From positions 227,986 to 259,985 of the forward strand of contig NZ_LGHJ01000019.1 of the NCBI RefSeq assembly GCF_001306055.1: 32,000 nt of DNA. Direction: 5' to 3'. Positions within the stretch are counted from its first letter, which is position 1. Each line of letters starts with the position of its first letter. Origin of the DNA: Bellilinea caldifistulae. GTDB lineage: Bacteria; Chloroflexota; Anaerolineae; Anaerolineales; Anaerolineaceae. The notes under the pieces are model-generated. The model was not told the origin of the DNA. It did no database searches and worked only from the letters and a program-made list of their open reading frames with translations. Positions 18,163-27,145 of the stretch are shown here, piece after piece. Both the position numbers and the translations under genes were made by a program.

Positions 18163-19365
18163 TTGAACAAAAATATTTTCTTCCTGTTTTGGATGATGAG
18201 CATTCTGATTGGCGGTTGGACTTTTCTGCCACAACAGTCAATCGGTGTACAGCTCCTGCCCCCGCAAATTGAGTTTGGCAGATCCATAAGCTTTAATTTG
18301 CAATTGAAACAACCCGATGAAGTACAGGCCGCTTTCCTGCTGCTCAAATCCAACGGAGAAGAAACTCAAATCATTCCTTTCCCTTCACCGTTGGGAGAAA
18401 CCAATCCGATCGTCATTGACCTGACCACCCATAGCCTGCGGCCTTTTACCACGGTCGAATACTGGTACCGGCTTGAAATGAAAAATGGCGATAACCTGAC
18501 CGGTGAAAAAGCCGCCTTTTTTTACGAGGACAACCGTGTGACATGGCAGCGGCTCTCCGCTCAGCAGATCAACCTCGCCTGGCAACAAGGGGATCTGGTC
18601 TTTGGTCAACAAGCATTGGATGTAACCGTTCAAAGCCTCCAAAGCAATCTTGCGATATTGGATAGCCCCCTCCGGGAAACCGTTTCCATTTACATCTACC
18701 CAAGCGCTAGAGATTTACAGTCCGTACTCAACCTCAATCCAAATAGTTGGGTAGCCGGTCATACCAGCCCCGATCTTGGCGTTATCCTCGTCTCCATCCC
18801 ACCCGGCCCCGATCAGCGCGCAGAAATGGAACGGCAAATTCCCCATGAGCTGATGCACATTCTCCAATACCAGCTCGCCGGCGAAGCCTACACCCGCTTG
18901 CCCGTTTGGCTGATTGAAGGTCTGGCCTCAATTGCCGAACTTTATCCCAACCCCGAATATCAACGCGTCCTCCAAAAGGCCAGTGAAAACGACAACCTAT
19001 TACCATTTGTGAACCTGTGTTCTGCATTTCCTGCTGATTTATCTGGCGCAATTCTCTCGTATGCTCAGTCGGCTTCCTTCATCCGATTTCTCTATCAAAC
19101 TTACGGTGCTTCTTCTTTACGTGATCTGATTTTTTCGTATAAAGACGGATTAGGCTGCGAGGAGGGTGTGCGGAAGGTCTACGGTCAGTCCATTGCGGAA
19201 CTCGAAACACGCTGGCGGCAGGAGGTGCTTGGCATGGATCTGGCTTCACTGGCCTGGAATAATCTACAACCTTATCTGCTCATTTTACTTCTGGTTTCAT
19301 TGCCAATTTTCTGGACAATATTTTCCTCAGGGAGAAAGGGTATTGCTGGAAATGCTCCCCAATGA
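18163..19365 (+). CDS. secreted/membrane-anchored MA-clan zinc metallopeptidase-like protein
   Basis: It starts at TTG after AAGGGGGA and has an N-terminal signal-like segment. It carries HELMH (IPHELMHILQY), a downstream EGLAS, and a C-terminal TM segment LLILLLVSLPIFWTIF. Confidence 0.6.
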   Translation: MNKNIFFLFWMMSILIGGWTFLPQQSIGVQLLPPQIEFGRSISFNLQLKQPDEVQAAFLLLKSNGEETQIIPFPSPLGETNPIVIDLTTHSLRPFTTVEYWYRLEMKNGDNLTGEKAAFFYEDNRVTWQRLSAQQINLAWQQGDLVFGQQALDVTVQSLQSNLAILDSPLRETVSIYIYPSARDLQSVLNLNPNSWVAGHTSPDLGVILVSIPPGPDQRAEMERQIPHELMHILQYQLAGEAYTRLPVWLIEGLASIAELYPNPEYQRVLQKASENDNLLPFVNLCSAFPADLSGAILSYAQSASFIRFLYQTYGASSLRDLIFSYKDGLGCEEGVRKVYGQSIAELETRWRQEVLGMDLASLAWNNLQPYLLILLLVSLPIFWTIFSSGRKGIAGNAPQ

Positions 19366-19651
19366 CACCCCTTCCAGATTACATGCCATCGTCGAGGGCC
19401 GCGTTCAAGGAGTCGGGTTTCGCATGTTCGTCCTCGAAACCGCCCGAAACCTGAACCTGACTGGGTGGGTGCGCAACCGATGGAACGGAGATGTAGAAGT
19501 GCTGGCTGAAGGGCCGCGTTCGGCCTTGGAAAATCTCCTCAGCAAACTCCGAGTCGGTCCACCCGCTGCACACGTGACCGGTGTTCACTTCGAATGGCAG
19601 CAGCCTACTGGAGAGTTTAAGCGTTTCGATGTCCGTGCAACCAGTTATTGA
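19352..19651 (+). CDS. acyP: acylphosphatase
   Basis: It has VEGRVQGVGFRMFV and GWVRNRWNGDVEV, the acylphosphatase signatures. ATG 19352 overlaps the upstream stop. The 161-aa track ORF (19166) is an out-of-frame overlap artefact. Confidence 0.85.
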   Translation: MLPNDTPSRLHAIVEGRVQGVGFRMFVLETARNLNLTGWVRNRWNGDVEVLAEGPRSALENLLSKLRVGPPAAHVTGVHFEWQQPTGEFKRFDVRATSY

Positions 19652-19658
19652 GAAAATA

Positions 19659-20411
19659 TCACTCCTCTGGCTTCCCATCCCACGGATAAACAGCCTGCAT
19701 TGCAGCAAACTCACGCACCGCCGGATCATCAGAGTAGAATCCTCTTTTTTCAGAAGGAAGCAGCAACGCGATCTCGCGCATCATCTCGTGTCCGATTTCT
19801 TCTAAACGATTGCGGTCGGTTTCACCCCGCTCTGAGACAAAAAACGGCCCGAACGGTTTACCAAACCGCACGGTGATTCGGGCTCTCTTCCCGCGTTTGA
19901 GCGTGGGGAACAGGTCGGTCAAACCATCCAGACCTACTGGTAGGATTTTTGCCCGGGTAGAAGAAGCCAGGTAAGCTGCCCCCGGTCGAGCAGGCCGTAA
20001 TACACTTGTCCAATTGCCCGCCTCGGGGAAAATGCCCAGAACGCCTTTCGATTGTAAGACTGCGCGCGATGCATAAAGCGTATCCCGCGAGATTGAGCCT
20101 CGCCGGACTGGTAAAAACCCATACAATTTTGCCAGCCAGATTACGCTTTGAGGGGCGTTCGGCATCCTCAGTCCACCAAGGTACTCGATTGGATATGGGA
20201 CTGAGCCAATGACCGCCACCGGATCCAGAAAACTAAAATGATTGCCGATGACCAGTAACGGTCCCTCTTTTGGAAGATTTTCTCTTCCCTCAATGGAAAA
20301 ATCAGAAAGAACCTGAAAGGCAACCCGGATTAATTGACGCAGGATTGTTCGGATCACTTTCCGACGGGGGTAAGTAATCGTCATATCGTTCATGCACATC
20401 ACTCGATTCAA
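19659..20411 (-). CDS. PlsC-family lysophospholipid/1-acyl-G3P acyltransferase
   Basis: It has the GNHFSFLDP (HX4D) block and the FPEAGNW block. Its ATG overlaps the MFS stop in the sequence ATGA. Confidence 0.8.
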   Translation of the reverse strand: MNRVMCMNDMTITYPRRKVIRTILRQLIRVAFQVLSDFSIEGRENLPKEGPLLVIGNHFSFLDPVAVIGSVPYPIEYLGGLRMPNAPQSVIWLAKLYGFLPVRRGSISRDTLYASRAVLQSKGVLGIFPEAGNWTSVLRPARPGAAYLASSTRAKILPVGLDGLTDLFPTLKRGKRARITVRFGKPFGPFFVSERGETDRNRLEEIGHEMMREIALLLPSEKRGFYSDDPAVREFAAMQAVYPWDGKPEE

Positions 20412-21760
20412 AGGGAGGCTGAAGATTGGCCGATTTCTTCGGTCTCCGGTTGACGAATTTTCAATAAAAGAACCAGCCCGAAAAGGAGAAACGCCACAAT
20501 CGAGCCAATGGCTATGCGAATTCCAGTCTGTTCGGCGTTTATTGTATCCATCCCGCGCCCCCCCAAAATCAAGGCTGCCTCTGCCGCAATAAAACCATAG
20601 ACCGCCGGCCCGATAAAAGACGAAGTCCGCCCGCCGACTTCAAAAAACCCGTAAAACTCGGCACTTTTTTCTTCTGGAGCAAATTGCCCCACCAGCGTGC
20701 GGCTCACCGATTGAACTCCCGTCAGCGCAAAACCGGCAATGGCGCCAATCACAAAGAATACCGTTACATTCTGCACAAACACCATCCACACCACCGCCCC
20801 AATCATTATGGCCAGTGATACGATCAATGAACGCTTGCTTGACCAGCGGTCGGCTAAAATCCCAAACACGTAAGCTCCTGCCACACTGGTGATCTGGATG
20901 ATAATCATAAAAACGATCAGTTGCTGCTGGGTCATACCAAACAAAACCGCCCCAATGATGGCGGCAAAATTCAACGCCATCATGATGCCGTCATTGTAAA
21001 TTAGAAAGGCGATGATGAACTTGATGAACTCACGGTACTGGCGTACCGCTCGAAATGTGTCGCTTAAACGGCGAAAAGCCACTCCAATATATCCCTCGCC
21101 TTGTCTCAAAGGCTGCGGCTCAGCCCGTTCTCGCAGCCATAAAAACAAGGGAATAGATGAAATCAGGTAAAAAACCGCGGTGATTAAGAAAGAAAAGCGC
21201 ACGATTGTCGTTCCGCCGATACTCATAATCAAAGCCAGGACAATCAGCAAGCAAACAATCCCTCCCAGAGAACCAAACGCCCAGCCATTCCCGGAAACCT
21301 TACCCATTTCTTCGGGTGCGGCAATTTCTGGCAACAGCGCGTTATAAAAAACTTGCGCTGCCCGGTATCCGGTCTCAGCCAGAATAAAAAACAACATACC
21401 CGCGAAAATATCCCCTGGCATGACAAAAAATAAAGCTGCCGTGAAAATCACCGATAAGGTTGTGAAAAACAACAAGAACCTTTTTTTGGATGCAGAAAAA
21501 TCGGCCAGTGTCCCCAAAATCGGTGAGAGAACAGCCACAATCAACATGGCGATACCGACCGAAATACCCCACAGCCGGGTTCCTTGCGAACCCCCGACAA
21601 CCTGTCCCTGAAAATAAGCCGAATAAACGGCTAACAAGACCACCGCAGCGTATGCAGAATTACCGAAATCATAAAAATACCATGCCCAACGTTCCCGCCG
21701 GGTTGTTGGAATTCTTTTGCGTACAGCCCGCGTTTTGGTTTGTTCCAGTGCAATTGCCAT
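20408..21760 (-). CDS. MFS transporter (UMF1/Atg22-like type)
   Basis: It has about 12 hydrophobic helices and the N-terminal WAWYFYDFGNSAYAAVV typical of this MFS subgroup. GAGGTGAT lies upstream of the ATG. Confidence 0.8.
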   Translation of the reverse strand: MAIALEQTKTRAVRKRIPTTRRERWAWYFYDFGNSAYAAVVLLAVYSAYFQGQVVGGSQGTRLWGISVGIAMLIVAVLSPILGTLADFSASKKRFLLFFTTLSVIFTAALFFVMPGDIFAGMLFFILAETGYRAAQVFYNALLPEIAAPEEMGKVSGNGWAFGSLGGIVCLLIVLALIMSIGGTTIVRFSFLITAVFYLISSIPLFLWLRERAEPQPLRQGEGYIGVAFRRLSDTFRAVRQYREFIKFIIAFLIYNDGIMMALNFAAIIGAVLFGMTQQQLIVFMIIIQITSVAGAYVFGILADRWSSKRSLIVSLAIMIGAVVWMVFVQNVTVFFVIGAIAGFALTGVQSVSRTLVGQFAPEEKSAEFYGFFEVGGRTSSFIGPAVYGFIAAEAALILGGRGMDTINAEQTGIRIAIGSIVAFLLFGLVLLLKIRQPETEEIGQSSASL

Positions 21761-22068
21761 TAATTAATCACCTCAAATTTTGGAATTTTTTTGACTGTCA
21801 GGTGTCGGAGAGCAACCCCGTGTCTTACCCCTCAGGTGCCCTCGGCTAGTTTATCACAGGCCTGAACTTAGCAGTATGGTTATTTACAATCTATTTCGGA
21901 AATGACCGCTATCATTCTATTAAACCACCTGAGCATGGAAAAGTTGCGGTGAGCCCGCATTTATAATAAAAACAAACTGCGGCTTTCCTGCGGAAACTGA
22001 ATTCTCCTCATCCTGTATAATAATCTCATCACAAACACCATTCATCACAGAAAAAGGGAGATTTCCAC

Positions 22069-22704
22069 ATGGTCAAGCGGCTGATTCTGGTGGCGGGGAA
22101 TATCGGATCGGGCAAAACCTCACTGACCGAACGCATCGGAGCGAGATTGGGATGGCGAACTGCCTACGAATCGGTGAGCGATAATCCCTACCTGCCCGAT
22201 TTTTACCGTGATATGCGAGCCTGGTCATTTCATTTACAGATTTATTTTCTGGGTCATCGCGCTCAGCAGCATCTGGATATGTGGAACGATCCCCGCTCGG
22301 CGATCATTGATCGCAGTATCTACGAAGATGCCGCCATTTTTGCCCGCGCCCTCCATCATTTGGGCAACCTGAATGAGCGCGACTACCAGACGTATCGAAA
22401 AGTGTTCGATCTTGTCGTTCGAACTCTACCGCCGCCATCGCTTCTCATTTACTTAAAAGCTCCCGTTGAGGTACTAATTGAACGTATTCGCCAGCGCGGC
22501 AGGGAAATTGAAAGCAGCATCACCCCTCAATACCTGCAATTGCTCGAAACGTTTTATGATGATTGGATGCGTACCTTCGATCTCTGTCCGGTCCTAACCA
22601 TCCGCACAGACGACCTCGACTTCGTTCATCAAACCCAACATCTGGATACCGTTGTTCAACGCATTCAGGAAAAACTGACCGGAAAAGAAGAAATTGTTTT
22701 TTGA
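22069..22704 (+). CDS. deoxynucleoside kinase
   Basis: It has the P-loop GNIGSGKTSL, the DRSIYEDAAIFA (ERS-like) motif, and the RIRQRGRE lid. Confidence 0.85.
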   Translation: MVKRLILVAGNIGSGKTSLTERIGARLGWRTAYESVSDNPYLPDFYRDMRAWSFHLQIYFLGHRAQQHLDMWNDPRSAIIDRSIYEDAAIFARALHHLGNLNERDYQTYRKVFDLVVRTLPPPSLLIYLKAPVEVLIERIRQRGREIESSITPQYLQLLETFYDDWMRTFDLCPVLTIRTDDLDFVHQTQHLDTVVQRIQEKLTGKEEIVF

Positions 22705-22736
22705 AAGACTCTGATCCTCAAGGGTGAAAGAATTTA

Positions 22737-23267
22737 ATGGAAGTTTCCAAACCATTTCAAAGTTACGAACCGCCACCTCCCCAACTTAAACCAGCCGATC
22801 CGGTTACAATCCTGGTTGCCGATGCGGCAATCGGGATTATTCTGGAGGAGTTAACCGAGGTATGGATCGAACATATCGGTAGCACGGCCGTTCCCGGTTT
22901 AGCGGGCAGCGGCATTATTGATCTGATGCTGATCAGTTCGCCCGATCAGATCGAACCGGTTCAGAAAGCCCTGGATCGGCTTGGCTTTCAGCAACCACAC
23001 CCCAACGATCCGCTTTCCTCAACACCACTGGTGAGGGTGGCATCCATGCCTTATGAAGGTAAATCGTATTTAATTAACCTCTATATCGTTGACAAGGATT
23101 CACCCAGGGTAAATCAATTCCGCACTTTTCGCGATCGGCTGCGCCTTGACCCCGCTTTTCGCTCTGCCTATCAAGACCTCAAACGTTCATTCTTCGCCAG
23201 AGGTAGTCTCAGCCCTTCGGAATACACCCGGGTAAAGAGTGAATTTATTCAGAGGGCTTTGAGTTAA
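22737..23267 (+). CDS. GrpB-family (UPF0157) nucleotidyltransferase-fold protein
   Basis: It has IEHIGSTAVPGLAGSGIIDLML and the C-terminal RDRLRLDPAFRSAYQDLK. Confidence 0.75.
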   Translation: MEVSKPFQSYEPPPPQLKPADPVTILVADAAIGIILEELTEVWIEHIGSTAVPGLAGSGIIDLMLISSPDQIEPVQKALDRLGFQQPHPNDPLSSTPLVRVASMPYEGKSYLINLYIVDKDSPRVNQFRTFRDRLRLDPAFRSAYQDLKRSFFARGSLSPSEYTRVKSEFIQRALS

Positions 23268-23300
23268 AAAACAATGGTGTGGCCTTTGCAGACCACACCA
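23265..23300 (-). terminator. rho-independent terminator of the RRM-protein gene
   Basis: On the minus strand an 8-bp stem TGGTGTGG/CCACACCA (23275-23282 / 23293-23300) with a 10-nt loop is followed by TTGTTTTTT. It lies 27 nt downstream of the stop at 23327. Confidence 0.55.
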
Positions 23301-23326
23301 AAGCACAGCAATTGTTCAAAAAGAAA

Positions 23327-23683
23327 TTACCAGCCGCGACGGCCACCGCCACCACGGTTACCAGACTTTCCACCCCGTCGGTCATTGCCATAATTACTTC
23401 TGCGGTCAAACCCGCTGTCGAAATTGCGCGGACCGCGTTCTTCCCGAGGGCGGGCAGCATTGACTGTCAAATTGCGGTTCATGAACGCTTTGCCGTTCAG
23501 GTTTTGAATCGCATTTTGCGCTTCGCTTTCGTTGGCCATTTCCACAAAACCAAAACCGCGCGGCTGACCCGAAAACTTATCCTTGATCAGGTTAACAGAA
23601 GTAACCGTACCAAAGGCAGAAAACAACTCGCGAACCCCATCTTCGGTCGCATCAAACGACAAATTACCTACATAGATATTCAT
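23327..23683 (-). CDS. RRM-type RNA-binding protein with Gly/Arg-rich tail
   Basis: It has RNP2 IYVGNL, RNP1 RGFGFVEM, and a C-terminal RGGGGRRGW tail. Confidence 0.9.
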   Translation of the reverse strand: MNIYVGNLSFDATEDGVRELFSAFGTVTSVNLIKDKFSGQPRGFGFVEMANESEAQNAIQNLNGKAFMNRNLTVNAARPREERGPRNFDSGFDRRSNYGNDRRGGKSGNRGGGGRRGW

Positions 23684-23841
23684 TTTTTTCCTTTTCTTTT
23701 CTGTTTGACAATCCCAAGTGCAGTTTTGTTATTGTGGTGCTGATAGAAAACCAATGCGACCGAAAACAATACCAGAGAGCCTCAGGATGTCAGATGATGA
23801 ATGACGAACGCATTTATTTTACCACGTTTTCAGCATTACAG

Positions 23842-24402
23842 TCACATTTCTTCTCGAAAGATTAACCCATACTTCTTGCGGGCTGCCAGCCATGCTTTTC
23901 GCAGTAGCTCATAAACCTCATGCGGGTTTTTGATATTTCTCAGAACAATTTCCGCATGAGAAGGATCGGCGCCTTTGATGCGGATATCTCCAATGTCCAG
24001 AAGCCGTTCACCGACCGATTGAGCAAAGTCAATATCCTGAACCCGGATCAACTCGTAATTTTCGTAGTCCTTTCCCAACAGCCCTTTGACCACTTTAATC
24101 CTCTCGTTGGTGATCACATAATATTCAACCAGCGAAAGCAGCGGTCTGCCCTTCCACAATACTTGCTCTCCGTCACCAGATTCAGCAAGTCGGGTAAGTT
24201 GATCATCCGCATCCGACCCAATCACTTCATCCATCACCACCAGCATCTGTGCGGTAACTGCATCCACCAGTTTATTTTGATCATCGCTCGAAAGGGCAGC
24301 CAGATTGACCCCGCTTTGGGCAATTGCCTGCCAGGCAGCCGCTTTAATTTTACTGCGTACCTGTTCCAATTCCATCGCCAGCCTCCTCATTTTACAATTC
24401 AA
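23842..24402 (-). CDS. bacterial PH (bPH_2/YdbS-like) domain protein
   Basis: The segment VLWKGRP...YYVITNERIKVVKGLL...ELIRVQDIDFAQS...GDIRI matches the membrane-flanked PH-domain pattern. The start codon is uncertain (ATG 24402 or the MELEQ ATG). Confidence 0.5.
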   Translation of the reverse strand: MNCKMRRLAMELEQVRSKIKAAAWQAIAQSGVNLAALSSDDQNKLVDAVTAQMLVVMDEVIGSDADDQLTRLAESGDGEQVLWKGRPLLSLVEYYVITNERIKVVKGLLGKDYENYELIRVQDIDFAQSVGERLLDIGDIRIKGADPSHAEIVLRNIKNPHEVYELLRKAWLAARKKYGLIFREEM

Positions 24403-24462
24403 TTTTGACTTTCTGATGAAATTATATCTGAAAGCAAATTCATCCTGTTATACTTATATTGT

Positions 24463-24630
24463 ATGCCCAATCAATTACCTCGAATTGAAATCCCCAAAGA
24501 TGAAATCGAGTTCGATTTTATCCGTGCTTCCGGCCCCGGTGGACAGAATGTCAACGGCGTGTGTACGAAAACCCTGACGTCTCCCCAAACCACCCGGTCA
24601 CCTTCCCGGAGCCGTCTTTTGAGAGAATAA
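24463..24630 (+). pseudogene. arfB: 5' fragment of an arfB/yaeJ-type peptidyl-tRNA hydrolase (GGQ, RF-1 domain) gene, disrupted after codon 31
   Basis: My own translation gives MPNQLPRIEIPKDEIEFDFIRASGPGGQNVN, then unrelated GVCTKTLTSPQ... to TAA 24628-24630. At 55 aa it is below the ORF-track cutoff. Similarity ends at about 24555, exactly where the recombinase gene ends. Confidence 0.7.
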
Positions 24631-26158
24631 CCTTGGCGTGCAACAGCTCCAGCACCTGACGCTTGCTCTCTGGTGTAGGGTCCCAATCCTCATTTGCAAT
24701 CCGTTCCCTTACTTTCTGGGCAAAACCTTCTAAATCTTCAAACTGCCTCTGAGTTGGTACTGCTGTGGGTACGGACTCAATCTCCTCTATTCTCGCGCGG
24801 ACTTCGGTAAGATCCCGGTCTAACTGCACCCTTTGGGCGAGATATTCGGTTTTTGTCATCTGGATGTCTGGATCGGTGTAAGCGCGGGTCAAATTGGTTA
24901 ACTTTTGCTCTAGTTTGCCGGCTGACCGATAATACCCTTCCAGTAGGATGCGCGAACGCGAGCGATTTTCCACATCCAATTGTTGAGCCTGGTAATAAGC
25001 CTGTCTCAAAACCTCTGTATCGACCAGCATTTCCTTTACGGCTTCCCAAACACGTTCTTCCAGACTTACTGCTGTTATTTCCCGATCCATACACTGGCCT
25101 TCAATTCTGCGATGGCGATAGGATCGATGGGCTTTTCGATGCTCCTTTGGACGATCCTTTTGGAAATTGGCTCTGTAAGGTTTCTCACATTCCATACAAC
25201 GGATCATCCCGGATAATAGATAAAAGTGTTGAGGTTGGCGGCGGAGCGCTTCACGATGGTCCTTTATCCTCATTTGAACGAGGTTAAATAATTGCACGTC
25301 TATCAGAGGGGCAATTTCAATCTTAATCCATTCACGTTTTTCACGTGGTTTTAGATCCGAATTACTCCGGCATACCGATTTGTTGTAATGGACATACCCT
25401 TTATAAGTGGTATTGGTCAGGATGTTTCGAATGGCGGATAAGTGCCAGTTTGGTTTACCCGTGTAGGAAGGAATACTACAGTTTTCTAGCTCAACACGAA
25501 TCCTGTGCATAGAGTAGTTCTCCTCGCCATAAAGCGAGAAGATCAATCGAACGACCTCGGCTTGCTCAGGATGAATAGGCAGTCCCCCCATTCCCTTCGC
25601 ATCCAATATGTAACCATACGGTGTCCGTCCACCAACATACAGACCCTTTTCGGCTTTACCACGTTTCCCACGATTACAACGCTCAACCCGTTTGGCGTTC
25701 TCCCACTTGGCAAACGTGGCGTCCATATCTTTGCGCACCTCTCCTTCAGGGAAGTCGTCATAATTTCCGAGCGCAAATTCGACTTTAGCTCCGCGCCGGA
25801 AGAATTCCTTCTCCAAGGTTTGGCGGATGTATGGGTCGCGGGCTAACCGATCGATCGAATGGACCACAACAACATCAAAGCCATAATCTTCGAGATTGGT
25901 CAGCGCAGCATCCAGACTGGGACGGTTCATTTCACGGGAGGAATAATCATCAACGTAAGCGGGAATTGAATTGGGATTTTTCTCAACATCCAGGCCGCTT
26001 TGTTTGTCCACGAACGCATTGCCCACTAGGGTATAACCGTTATTTTGACAATACTTGACGCATTCCGCAATTTGGGTGGGAATTCTGAAGTTGGATCGCT
26101 GATCGTTCGTAGAAACCCGAGAGTAAATAATCGCACGTTTGGTAGCCATAATTATCAC
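24551..26158 (-). CDS. large serine recombinase (integrase)
   Basis: It has the N-terminal AIIYSRVSTNDQ catalytic Ser motif and the resolvase core VVVHSIDRLARD. It also has a recombinase domain, a Cys-rich zinc ribbon (CMECEKPY) and a coiled-coil C-terminus. The probable true start is ATG 26149, with AGGTGA 5 nt upstream. Confidence 0.9.
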   Translation of the reverse strand: MIIMATKRAIIYSRVSTNDQRSNFRIPTQIAECVKYCQNNGYTLVGNAFVDKQSGLDVEKNPNSIPAYVDDYSSREMNRPSLDAALTNLEDYGFDVVVVHSIDRLARDPYIRQTLEKEFFRRGAKVEFALGNYDDFPEGEVRKDMDATFAKWENAKRVERCNRGKRGKAEKGLYVGGRTPYGYILDAKGMGGLPIHPEQAEVVRLIFSLYGEENYSMHRIRVELENCSIPSYTGKPNWHLSAIRNILTNTTYKGYVHYNKSVCRSNSDLKPREKREWIKIEIAPLIDVQLFNLVQMRIKDHREALRRQPQHFYLLSGMIRCMECEKPYRANFQKDRPKEHRKAHRSYRHRRIEGQCMDREITAVSLEERVWEAVKEMLVDTEVLRQAYYQAQQLDVENRSRSRILLEGYYRSAGKLEQKLTNLTRAYTDPDIQMTKTEYLAQRVQLDRDLTEVRARIEEIESVPTAVPTQRQFEDLEGFAQKVRERIANEDWDPTPESKRQVLELLHAKVILSKDGSGKVTGWFGETSGFSYTRR

Positions 26159-26662
26159 CTAACCCTTAATGATCTTAACGCCATGTCCATTGCGCCGAAT
26201 GCGCCCTTCAGTTTCGAGACGTTCCAGGTAGGAGTAAACCATCTGCCTGGACATGTTCAGTGTACGCGCAGCATCTGTCACCCCAATCGTTGGATTGTCA
26301 CGGAACAGTGTCAAAAGATTGTCCATTCGGTTACCTTGAATGACCGCCCTGGCTTGACGCGCTTTGACTAACGAGCTGTCTGGAGTGACAGTATTAGACG
26401 CTGCATTGGACGCTAACAGTTCAGTCAGACTCCCCGTTGTTGGACGAACAGCTTGACGTTCCGCTTTACGCTCAGCACGATCCTGGGCAATACCTGCCAG
26501 ACGCCGGCGATGACCAGAACACAAGGCCAGATTGACGGCACCGACCAGCGCCAGAATTGGAAAGAGCGCCGGCGCGTAACGGGCCAGATCTGGGTAAATA
26601 TCCAGCAGCACGGTCAAACCAATGGTGGAAACCAGGTAAACGCCGACTAAAGAAGCTGCCAA
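26159..26662 (-). CDS. membrane-associated protein with C-terminal winged-HTH
   Basis: Two N-terminal hydrophobic helices are followed by a basic linker. The wHTH reads TIGVTDAARTLNMSRQMVYSYLERLETEGRIRR. The annotated start is a TTG without SD. The frame stays open upstream to a TAA, and an internal ATG gives a 55-aa wHTH-only product. Confidence 0.5.
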   Translation of the reverse strand: MAASLVGVYLVSTIGLTVLLDIYPDLARYAPALFPILALVGAVNLALCSGHRRRLAGIAQDRAERKAERQAVRPTTGSLTELLASNAASNTVTPDSSLVKARQARAVIQGNRMDNLLTLFRDNPTIGVTDAARTLNMSRQMVYSYLERLETEGRIRRNGHGVKIIKG

Positions 26663-26731
26663 TAAAAACGGTGCGTCTGGATTCGTTTTTCCTTTTGCCG
26701 GCGTTGTACTCCCAAAGCAGCAGGCTGGTAC

Positions 26732-26998
26732 TTACGGTAGGCCCAGGCTCTCGATGATCTCAGCGGCGACCCAAGCTAACTCAGCGCTCCAATGCAAGTC
26801 TTTGACTGTGGGATTGGCCACCAAAACCGCACTGGGAATGGGCATGATCCAGAGACCGATGGCGGCAATGCCATCGGTCAGGTTGGTCTCAATTTCCGAG
26901 AGAGTCTCCCGGAATCGAAAAAGAAAAGATTGATCAGCCAAGATGAGCCTCCTATACATGTAGGGGGCAACAAAAAGCCCCCGGTAAATGGTCCCCAC
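26732..26998 (-). CDS. small hydrophobic protein, possibly the N-terminal part of the downstream ORF
   Basis: It contains IAAIGLWIMPIPSAVLVA and AELAWVAAEIIESLGL. It is in the same frame as 26159-26662, separated only by TAA 26732-26734. Confidence 0.35.
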   Translation of the reverse strand: MGTIYRGLFVAPYMYRRLILADQSFLFRFRETLSEIETNLTDGIAAIGLWIMPIPSAVLVANPTVKDLHWSAELAWVAAEIIESLGLP

Positions 26999-27012
26999 CG
27001 AGGGCGAATCCT

Positions 27013-27145
27013 GGCTGATCAGCTATAATGAGATCAGCCCCTACCTCCGCTAGTACCGGTGGTTGGGGTCAGGTTCGTGTAGGTGCTCGCTACACCTGCA
27101 CGAACCATCCTATGGTTTTGTTCTATCTATTATATCTCATAGAAC
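27013..27145. other. structured non-coding region with three stem-loops
   Basis: Stem 1 is GGCTGATC/GATCAGCC (27013-27020 / 27032-27039), with TATAAT in the loop. Stem 2 is GGTTCGTG..AGGTG/CACCT..CACGAACC (27072-27106). Stem 3 is GTTCTAT/ATAGAAC around an AT-rich loop (27120-27145). Confidence 0.35.

Noticed and set aside
19166-19351. An N-terminal extension of the acylphosphatase ORF (161-aa version).
   Set aside because: The extension overlaps the peptidase gene out of frame. The acylphosphatase family is about 90-100 aa, and ATG 19352 gives the canonical length.
23279-24408. Plus-strand ORFs 23279-23743 and 23920-24408.
   Set aside because: They are antisense to the RRM-protein and PH-domain genes, which have clear motifs, an SD and a terminator.
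24403-24560. I looked for a tRNA or tmRNA gene as the integration target at the element junction.
   Set aside because: No cloverleaf or T-loop (GGTTCGAAT-like) sequence is present. The junction lies in a protein-coding (arfB) fragment instead.
26149-26662. The 167-aa ORF and the integrase ORF are in the same frame, separated only by TAG, which could hint at a readthrough fusion.
   Set aside because: The integrase has its own good SD plus ATG, and the catalytic Ser sits at the normal distance from that ATG. The shared frame is most simply coincidence.
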